The notes under the pieces: generated by a model
Database searches by the model: none
Told to the model about the DNA's origin: nothing
What the model saw: only the letters and a program-made list of their open reading frames with translations
Program-made: the position numbers and the translations under genes
Part shown: positions 24,204 to 32,000 of the stretch, piece after piece
Layout of the letters: each line of letters begins with the position of its first letter
How positions within the stretch are numbered: the first letter of the stretch is position 1
NCBI RefSeq assembly: GCF_001457615.1
Contig: NZ_LN831024.1
Coordinates: 3,600,001-3,632,000, forward strand
Source: Pseudomonas aeruginosa
GTDB taxonomy: Bacteria > Pseudomonadota > Gammaproteobacteria > Pseudomonadales > Pseudomonadaceae
Length of the DNA stretch: 32,000 nt
Reading direction: 5' to 3'

Positions 24204-24575
24204 ATGTTGCTCAAGGCAGTACGTAACGGACTGGGTCAGGCGATTATCCTCGCCGACTTCGTCAGCCGCCCCCGCAAGCTGCAGCGCAGCGCCGAGGCCC
24301 AGGCCGAGGTCGAGCGGGCGCTGCGGAACCTGTCGCTCTACCAGTTCCGCGCCTGTCCGTTCTGCGTGAAGACACGCCGCGCCATGCACCGGCTGAACTT
24401 GCCGATGCAACTCAAGGACGCCATGAACGATCCGCAGGCCCGCCAGGCTTTGCTGGAAGGCGGCGGGAAGGTCAAGGTGCCGTGCCTGCGCATCGAGGAA
24501 AACGGCCAGGTGCGCTGGATGTACGAATCCAGCGAGATCATCGCCTATCTGGAAGGTCGTTTCGCCAACGCCTGA
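24204..24575 (+). CDS. Glutaredoxin-family protein (CPFC) with an N-terminal extension
   Basis: LYQFRACPFCVKTRRAM (CPFC active site), VKVPCLRI (cis-Pro region), and ESSEIIAYLEGRF. Confidence 0.8.
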   Translation: MLLKAVRNGLGQAIILADFVSRPRKLQRSAEAQAEVERALRNLSLYQFRACPFCVKTRRAMHRLNLPMQLKDAMNDPQARQALLEGGGKVKVPCLRIEENGQVRWMYESSEIIAYLEGRFANA

Positions 24576-24583
24576 GCGGCCGA

Positions 24584-25582
24584 TCAACCGCCCCCGGCCG
24601 CGTCCAGGGGCAGCCGGTGGATCAGGAAACGCGCCGGCACCTCGCCCTCGCGCCCCGGCAACAGGCGGTGGCGAATGCGGGACTCGCTGACATAGGCGCA
24701 ACCCTGTCCGGTGACGGTCAGGTTGACCGGCGACTCCAGGCCCTCGCGTATCACTTCGATGCCGCGCCGCCCTGGAGCGAGCGGCTCGGCGATCCGCAGC
24801 ACCTTGCCGGCGCCGCTGCGGATGGCGTTCTCCAGCACGATCAGCGAGCCGTCCGGAGCCAGCGCCATGCCGTCCGGATTCTCCAGCGTTCGGGGCAGCT
24901 CCATCTCGCGCAGCCGCGGACGCGAGGCGACCCCTTCGACGACATGGATCGCCCCGCTACCGAAGTTGCCGACCAGCAGGGTGTCCTCGTCCACCCGGAC
25001 GATGCCCGCCGCGCCCAGGCCGCCGGGGTCGGCCAGGCGGCTGTCGCGCAGCAACACCTGGAACGCCGGTTCCCCGGGCCGCAGCCGCATCAGGCTGCCA
25101 TCCCGGGTTTCGCTCAGGTAGACCGTTCCGTCCGGCGCCACCGCGAGATCGTTGCCCATCCCGTCGCCGGGCAGGGTCAGATATCGGCGCACGGCACCGG
25201 TCGCGAGATCCAGGGCGAACACCCCATGCGGCCGGCGCCGGCCAGCGGGTAGGAAGTCCGGCGAATTGCCCCAGAGCAGGCCACGCGGCTCGTCCAGCCG
25301 CAGCGCGGTGGCAGCGAAGATCGCCGGGCTGCCGGCGAAGAAGGTTTCCCACTCGCCCCCGGGAGGCTTGCTCAGGATGCGCCCGCTGGTGACCAGACCG
25401 ACGTACAGCGTTCCATCGGCGGCATGGGCGATGCCGTTGGGATACCGGGCCCCCGCTGGCAGGACGATGCTCGTCGCGGCGCAGGACGGCTCGCGCTCGC
25501 CCGGCGCACGGGCGAAAACCGGCAAGACGGTCGCCGATACCATGGATACCAGCAGCAACACGGAAGCCTGTCGTCTCATCAT
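24584..25582 (-). CDS. Secreted beta-propeller protein, SMP-30/gluconolactonase/LRE-like
   Basis: Signal peptide MMRRQASVLLLVSMVSATVLPVFA. Repeated blade motifs: PNGIAHAADGTLYVG, GNDLAVAPDGTVYLSE, PDGMALAPDGSLIVLE. Confidence 0.65.
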   Translation of the reverse strand: MMRRQASVLLLVSMVSATVLPVFARAPGEREPSCAATSIVLPAGARYPNGIAHAADGTLYVGLVTSGRILSKPPGGEWETFFAGSPAIFAATALRLDEPRGLLWGNSPDFLPAGRRRPHGVFALDLATGAVRRYLTLPGDGMGNDLAVAPDGTVYLSETRDGSLMRLRPGEPAFQVLLRDSRLADPGGLGAAGIVRVDEDTLLVGNFGSGAIHVVEGVASRPRLREMELPRTLENPDGMALAPDGSLIVLENAIRSGAGKVLRIAEPLAPGRRGIEVIREGLESPVNLTVTGQGCAYVSESRIRHRLLPGREGEVPARFLIHRLPLDAAGGG

Positions 25583-25604
25583 GCTTTCTCCGTCGATGTG
25601 CGCC

Positions 25605-26576
25605 CTACCAGCGCGGGGTCCGGGCGCGCACCGTGAGCGGCGCCTCCAGCGTGGCGCACTCCTCTTCGGCGAGGTCCAGCGTCAGCGCCGCGAGGGCATC
25701 CTCGAGGTGATGCGGCCTGGACAGGCCGACGATCGGCGCGGCGACACCGTTCCGGCCAAGCAGCCAGGCCAGGGCGAGTTGCGCCGGTGGAAGCCCGCGG
25801 GCAGCGGCGAGTTTCTCCAACGCGCCGAGGGTCGACTCGACTTCCTCCCTGCCGCCGTACCAGCGCGGGGCCTGTTCGTCCGTCCGGGTCCGCAGCGTGC
25901 CGGCGCTTCGCGCTCCGGCCAGCAGCCCACGCGCCAGCGGCGACCAGGGCGTCAACGCGATCCCCTCTTCCCGGCACAGCGGCACGAGGTCCTCCTCGTC
26001 CTCGCGAACGATCAGGTTGTACTGGCTCTGCATCGAGATGAATTGCGCCAGGCCGTGGTGGCGCTGGAAGGCGAGCATCTTCATGAAGCGCCAGGCCGGC
26101 ATCGACGAGGCGCCGAGGTAACGGACCTTGCCGGCACGCACCAGGCTGTCGAGGGTTTCGCAGGTTTCCTCGATCGGGGTTTCCGGATCGAAGCGATGGA
26201 TCACGAAGAGATCCAGGTAGTCCGTACCCAACCGCCGCAGCGAGGCATCCACGCTGGCAAGCAGATGCTTGCGCGACAAGCCGCAGGCGTTGGGCCTGTC
26301 GCTCATGGGAAAGAACGCCTTGGTGGCGATTACCAGGTCCTCGCGCTGCGCGAAGTCCCTGAGCGCGCGTCCGAGGATCCGCTCACTCTCGCCGGTGGAA
26401 TAGATATCGGCACTGTCGAAGAAGTCGATCCCGGCTTCCAGCGCCTCGCGAATGAACGGACGCGCCCGTTCCTCGTCCAGCACCCATGGACGCCACGCCG
26501 GATCGCCATAGGTCATGCACCCCAGGCAGAGTCGGGAGACTTTCAGGCCGCTGTTGCCAAGACGGACATGCTGCAT
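25605..26576 (-). CDS. Aldo/keto reductase
   Basis: LGCMTYG, GIDFFDSADIYSTGESERILGRAL and the later GASSMPAWRF are AKR signature segments (catalytic D/Y/K/H context). Confidence 0.9.
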   Translation of the reverse strand: MQHVRLGNSGLKVSRLCLGCMTYGDPAWRPWVLDEERARPFIREALEAGIDFFDSADIYSTGESERILGRALRDFAQREDLVIATKAFFPMSDRPNACGLSRKHLLASVDASLRRLGTDYLDLFVIHRFDPETPIEETCETLDSLVRAGKVRYLGASSMPAWRFMKMLAFQRHHGLAQFISMQSQYNLIVREDEEDLVPLCREEGIALTPWSPLARGLLAGARSAGTLRTRTDEQAPRWYGGREEVESTLGALEKLAAARGLPPAQLALAWLLGRNGVAAPIVGLSRPHHLEDALAALTLDLAEEECATLEAPLTVRARTPRW

Positions 26577-26727
26577 CGTACGACCTCGTCGGAAGGCTCT
26601 GAAAAGAGCGGTTTCCCCGGCCCCACCCTGTTCATGAGCCAGGTTTCCCGACGATGCTATATTGCTGCCGAATAGCTAACTATCCTGGAAAAATCTCTTT
26701 CACTGATCGAGTTATTTTAATAATCCA

Positions 26728-27642
26728 ATGAAAAAGCCCGATCTCGCCGGTCTCGCCGCCTTCGTCGCCATCGCTCGCGAACGCAGTTTCCGCCGCGCCG
26801 CCGCCACCCTCGGCGTAACCCCGCCGACGCTCAGCCACACCCTGCGCGAACTGGAAACCCAGCTCGGTATCCGCCTGCTCAACCGCACCACTCGCAACGT
26901 CTCGCCGACCGAGGCCGGCGAGCACCTGCTGGCACACCTGGACCCGGCGTTCGAAGACATCGCCGCCGCGCTGGACAGCCTTAACCGCTTTCGGGAAACG
27001 CCTCACGGCCTGGTACGAATCAACGCACCGCGAAACGCCATCGGTCTCGTCCTCGCGCCACGTTTCGGCGAACTGGCCCGCGACTATCCCGGCATCACCC
27101 TGGAAGTGGTGGCGGACGAGGGTTTCGCCAATATCGTCGAAGCCGGTTTCGACGCCGGCATCCGCCTCGGCGAAGACCTCCAGCACGGCATGCGCGCCGT
27201 GCGGGTCGGCCCGGACCTGCGCTTGGCCATCGTCGCGACCCCGGCCTACTTCCGACGGCAAGGCAGGCCGGGTAGCCCGGAGGAATTGCTCGGCCACCGT
27301 TGCATCGGCTGGCGCAAGGTGTCTTCCGAAGAGCTGTACAAATGGCAATTCAGCAAGGGTGCGAAAACGCTTTCGGTGGCCGTGAGCGGACCGCTGGTCC
27401 TCGACGACCCGCGCCTGATGCTACAGGCGGCGCTGGCCGATGTCGGGATTGCCTTCGCCATCGAGGAGGAAGTCGCCGAGCACCTCGCCGCCGGCCGCCT
27501 GGAACGGGTCCTGGCGGATTGGTGCGCCCCCTTTCCCGGTTTCCATCTCTATTATCCGAACCGCCGCAACCACCCGGCGGCGTTGAGCGCCGTGATCGAC
27601 CTGCTGCGCTACCCCGGCGAGGAACACCCAGGTCCCGCGTAG
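26728..27642 (+). CDS. LysR-family transcriptional regulator, divergent from the AKR operon
   Basis: N-terminal HTH LAAFVAIARERSFRRAAATLGVTPPTLSHTLRELETQLGIRLLNRTTR, plus a LysR substrate-binding domain. Confidence 0.9.
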   Translation: MKKPDLAGLAAFVAIARERSFRRAAATLGVTPPTLSHTLRELETQLGIRLLNRTTRNVSPTEAGEHLLAHLDPAFEDIAAALDSLNRFRETPHGLVRINAPRNAIGLVLAPRFGELARDYPGITLEVVADEGFANIVEAGFDAGIRLGEDLQHGMRAVRVGPDLRLAIVATPAYFRRQGRPGSPEELLGHRCIGWRKVSSEELYKWQFSKGAKTLSVAVSGPLVLDDPRLMLQAALADVGIAFAIEEEVAEHLAAGRLERVLADWCAPFPGFHLYYPNRRNHPAALSAVIDLLRYPGEEHPGPA

Positions 27643-27711
27643 GCACATCGGCGGAAGCGCCCGTGGCGGCCTGGAGGCAAGCATGGAGGCTGGCCTGTAT
27701 CGACGCACGGC

Positions 27712-27792
27712 GTAGGGCGGATAACCGCCTCGCGGTTATCCGCCGAATCTCGGTATATCGGCGGATAGCGCCTGTGGCGCTATTCGCCCTAC
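27712..27792. repeat. REPIN-like element, copy 1: two inverted GTAG-headed REP palindromes
   Basis: GTAGGGCGGATAACCGC-CTC-GCGGTTATCCGCC on the plus strand, and GTAGGGCGAATAGCGCC-ACA-GGCGCTATCCGCC on the minus strand. The outer GTAGGGCG/CGCCCTAC arms can pair. Confidence 0.8.
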
Positions 27793-27832
27793 CAATGGCG
27801 GCTGAAGGCAAGGGCCTGTACCGCCGCGCGGC

Positions 27833-27913
27833 GTAGGGCGCATAACCGCATCGCGGTTATCCGCCGAACCTCGGCATATCGGCGGATAGCGCCCATGGCG
27901 CTATTCGCCCTAC
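27833..27913. repeat. REPIN-like element, copy 2 (121 bp downstream of copy 1)
   Basis: Same architecture as copy 1 with a few substitutions (GGCGCATAACCGC-ATC-GCGGTTATCCGCC; GGCGGATAGCGCC-CAT-GGCGCTATTCGCC). The flanks also repeat (CCTGTA..CGGCGTAGGGCG). Confidence 0.8.
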
Positions 27914-28026
27914 CCGTGGCGGCCTGGCTGGCAAGAACCAGGGGATACCGGGGTGGCGTCATCCGCCGCGGTACGCAACCACGAGAAAGCCGGCCCGAAG
28001 GCCGGCTCTCCATGCGACGCCAGGAC

Positions 28027-30171
28027 TCAGAACAGCTCGCCCTTCGCCGCCTTCTCCAGCAACAGCGCCGGCGGCTCGAAGCGCTCGCCGTACTGTTCGA
28101 CCAGGTATTGGGCGCGGGCGATGAAGTCCTTCAGGCCGTACTGGTTGATGAACTGCAAGGCGCCCCCGCTCCAGGCGGCGAAACCGATACCGAAGATCGA
28201 GCCGATGTTCGCGTCGGCGGTGGAGTGCAATACCCCCTCCTCCACGCAACGCACGGTCTCGATGGCCTGGATGAACAGCAGGCGGTCGCGTACGTCCTCG
28301 GCGGATATTTGCGCATCGGGCTTCTCGAAGCGGCTCTTGAGTTCCGCCCAGAGATGTTTCCTGCCGTTCGCCGGGTAGTCGTAGAAGCCGGCGCCGGCCG
28401 CCTTGCCCGGGCGCTTGTACTCATTGACCATCAGGTCGATCACGGCGAACGCAGGGTGCGTCGGCAGAGCCTTGCCCTCGGCCTCGAGGTCGCGGGCGGT
28501 CTGGTTGCGGATGTGGGTCATCAGGCTCAGGGAGACTTCGTCGGAAATCGCCAGCGGCCCCACCGGCATACCGGCCTGGCGCGCCTGGTTGTCGATCATC
28601 GCGGCGCTCACGCCTTCGCCGAGCATGGCGATGCCTTCGTTGGTGAAGGTGCCGAATACCCGCGAGGTGAAGAAGCCGCGGCTGTCGTTGACCACGATCG
28701 GCGTTTTCTTGATCTGCAGCACGTAGTCGAAACCGCGCGCCAGGGTTTCGTCACTGGTCTTTTCGCCGCGGATGATCTCCACCAGCGGCATCTTGTCCAC
28801 CGGGCTGAAGAAGTGCAGGCCGATGAACTTCTCCGGCCGCGCCACCGCCTGGGCCAGACCGGTGATCGGCAGGGTCGAGGTATTGGACGCCACCACCGCA
28901 TCGGCCAGGGCATGCTTCTCGGCCTCGGCGGTGACCTTGCCTTTCAGCGCGCGGTCCTCGAAGACCGCCTCGATGATCAGGTCGCAGCCTTCGAAGTCGG
29001 CTTCGCTGACGCTCGGCACGATCCGCGCGAGGAAGGCGTCGCGCTTCTCGGCGGACAGGTGCCCGCGCGCAACTTTCTTGTCCAGCAGCCTGGCCGAATA
29101 AGCCTTGCCCTTCTCCGCCGCTTCCAGCGAGACGTCCTTGAGCACCACCTCGATGCCGGCCGCCGCCGATACGTAGGCGATGCCCGCGCCCATCATCCCG
29201 GCGCCGAGCACGCCGACCTTTTTCGTCGCCCGCACCGGATACCCCTGCGGCCGCGACTTGCCGGCGTTGATCTCGTTGAGCTGGAACCAGAAGGTGCCGA
29301 TCATGTTCTTCGCCACCTGGCCGGTGGTCAGCTCGGTGAAATAGCGCGCCTCGATCAGTTGCGCGGTGTCGAAATCGACCTGGGCGCCCTCCACCGCCGC
29401 GCACATGATCTTCTCGGGCGCCGGGAAGCAACCCTTGGTCTTGTCGCGCAGCACCGACGGTGCGATGGCCAGCATCTGCGCCACGTTGGGACTGGCAGGC
29501 GTACCGCCGGGAATCTTGTAGCCGGCGCTGTCCCAGGGCTGCTTCGCCGCCGGGTTGGCGAGGATCCAGGCGCGGGCCTTCTCCAGCATTTCCTCGGGGC
29601 TGTCGGCCAGTTCGTGGATCAGCCCGGCCTTGAGCGCTTCCGCCGGACGCACCTTCTTGCCTTCGGCGAGGTACGGCAGGGCTTTCTCCAGGCCAAGCAG
29701 GCGCACCATGCGCACGATCCCGCCGCCGCCCGGCAACAGGCCGAGAGTCACCTCCGGCAGGCCGAGCTGCACGCCGGGATTGTCCAGGGCGATGCGGTGG
29801 TGGCAGGCCAGGCAGATCTCCCAGCCGCCGCCCAGCGCAGCGCCGTTGATCGCGGCGACCACCGGCTTGCCGAGGGTCTCCAGGCGCCGCAGTTGGCCCT
29901 TGAGTTCGAGGATGCCCTGGTAGAAGGCCGGGGCGTCGGCCTTGGTGACCTTGATCAGCTCGTTGAGATCGCCGCCGGCGAAGAAGGTCTTCTTCGCCGA
30001 GGTCAGCACCACGCCGGCGATCCCCTCTTTCTCCGCCTCCAGCCGTGCGATGGTCTTCGCCATCGCCTCGCGGTAGACACCGTTCATGGTGTTGGCGCTC
30101 TGCCCGGGCATGTCCATGGTCAGGACGACGACGTTGTCCTGGCCTTTTTCGTAACGGATAGCGTCAGTCAT
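28027..30171 (-). CDS. Bifunctional enoyl-CoA hydratase / 3-hydroxyacyl-CoA dehydrogenase (FadB/FadJ-like alpha subunit)
   Basis: N-terminal crotonase part (FFAGGDLNE, AAINGAALGGGWEICLACHHRI). Central Rossmann motif VGVLGAGMMGAGIA. HFFSPV dehydrogenase motif. Length 714 aa. Confidence 0.9.
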   Translation of the reverse strand: MTDAIRYEKGQDNVVVLTMDMPGQSANTMNGVYREAMAKTIARLEAEKEGIAGVVLTSAKKTFFAGGDLNELIKVTKADAPAFYQGILELKGQLRRLETLGKPVVAAINGAALGGGWEICLACHHRIALDNPGVQLGLPEVTLGLLPGGGGIVRMVRLLGLEKALPYLAEGKKVRPAEALKAGLIHELADSPEEMLEKARAWILANPAAKQPWDSAGYKIPGGTPASPNVAQMLAIAPSVLRDKTKGCFPAPEKIMCAAVEGAQVDFDTAQLIEARYFTELTTGQVAKNMIGTFWFQLNEINAGKSRPQGYPVRATKKVGVLGAGMMGAGIAYVSAAAGIEVVLKDVSLEAAEKGKAYSARLLDKKVARGHLSAEKRDAFLARIVPSVSEADFEGCDLIIEAVFEDRALKGKVTAEAEKHALADAVVASNTSTLPITGLAQAVARPEKFIGLHFFSPVDKMPLVEIIRGEKTSDETLARGFDYVLQIKKTPIVVNDSRGFFTSRVFGTFTNEGIAMLGEGVSAAMIDNQARQAGMPVGPLAISDEVSLSLMTHIRNQTARDLEAEGKALPTHPAFAVIDLMVNEYKRPGKAAGAGFYDYPANGRKHLWAELKSRFEKPDAQISAEDVRDRLLFIQAIETVRCVEEGVLHSTADANIGSIFGIGFAAWSGGALQFINQYGLKDFIARAQYLVEQYGERFEPPALLLEKAAKGELF

Positions 30172-30184
30172 TCCGGTTCTCCCT

Positions 30185-31390
<1,206 letters not shown>

Positions 31391-32000
31391 GGCGGTCTCT
31401 CTTATCCTGTTCTCGTCCGGCCGAGCGGGCCTCCGCCTACCTTAAACAGGCTCGCCGGCGGGACAATGACCGAACCGCTCAGGCTGATTGACCGCCCAGC
31501 TCAGCCTGCAACACCGGGAAGATAGCACCATGCCATCTTTCGACCGGAAACCCGGACACCGGACGAACGGTCGAGACGCACGCCAGAGCCGTCACCACGC
31601 TGTCATATAGAGGGAATATGTCTAGACCGCAGCAGCTTGTATCCAAGTGGTCTAAGCCCGCGCAGGCCGGGGCTTAGACTGATTCATGCAAGCGTTCGAA
31701 AGGGAGGTCGACGCCGGGGATGCCGGGCCGACCGAAGAGTACGCCACTGCGTGGCAAGCCGTTCCGCCGGGCCGTAGCGCGGAGCAGGCAGCCACCCGAC
31801 AACAAGAAAGGCAGACAGGCCATGTTGAACGAGCAGCCAAAAAGATGGCGGCAAGCGAGCCTCATCGTCTTCGCCACCACAGTCATCCTGATCCTTCCCA
31901 ACCTTAACAGTCTGATCCGTTAGGGCACCTGCTGCCTGCACGCTGCGCACCGCCTCGCGGTCAGCGCAGCGCAGGCAGCCACCAGGTCAGCAGCAGCGGA

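Noticed and set aside
26577-26727. LysR T-N11-A box in the AKR/LysR divergent region (ATAG-CTAA-CTAT around 26663-26674)
   Set aside because: It has only 4-bp arms, and many equivalent matches are expected by chance in an AT-rich promoter. That is not enough to call a site.
27647-27913. Tandem 121-bp repeats as a possible CRISPR array
   Set aside because: There are only two to three units. The units are themselves nested palindromes with homologous rather than unique 'spacers', and no cas genes or leader are present. They fit REP/REPIN elements.

Overview
High-GC (about 66%) gamma-proteobacterial chromosome. Gene content and order match what I remember of Pseudomonas aeruginosa PAO1 PA1766 to PA1736, in inverted orientation; this is recollection, not a search. 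Most of the window is core housekeeping: pabB, thrH, cysH, cysB, a class I DAHP synthase, a ketopantoate-reductase-like gene, a Usp protein, three small thioredoxin-fold proteins, crotonase, GATase, a LysR-controlled aldo-keto reductase plus secreted beta-propeller pair, and a thiolase/FadB-like beta-oxidation operon. I saw no rRNA, tRNA, CRISPR array, integrase or transposase. The stretch worth a second look is the left third (596-11484, minus strand). Two tandem MalT-like LuxR (LAL/STAND) regulators are followed by five exported proteins: a small Gly/Thr/Ser-rich secreted protein, a stand-alone C39-like cysteine peptidase, a beta-barrel OMP, a FadL-family OMP, and a periplasmic protein with three DUF4124-like repeats fused to a MalM-like domain. 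The small protein has a Sec signal directly followed by a double-glycine-type leader-like motif, which makes it a candidate substrate of the adjacent peptidase. Two A-rich Hfq/Crc-type motifs sit at translation starts inside the cluster. Other features are a pair of tandem REPIN-like GTAG palindromic doublets at 27712-27913, several bidirectional terminators, and a few operator-like palindromes. The many long antisense ORFs in the track are GC-bias artefacts. All family assignments come from reading motifs by eye; no HMM or BLAST search was possible.
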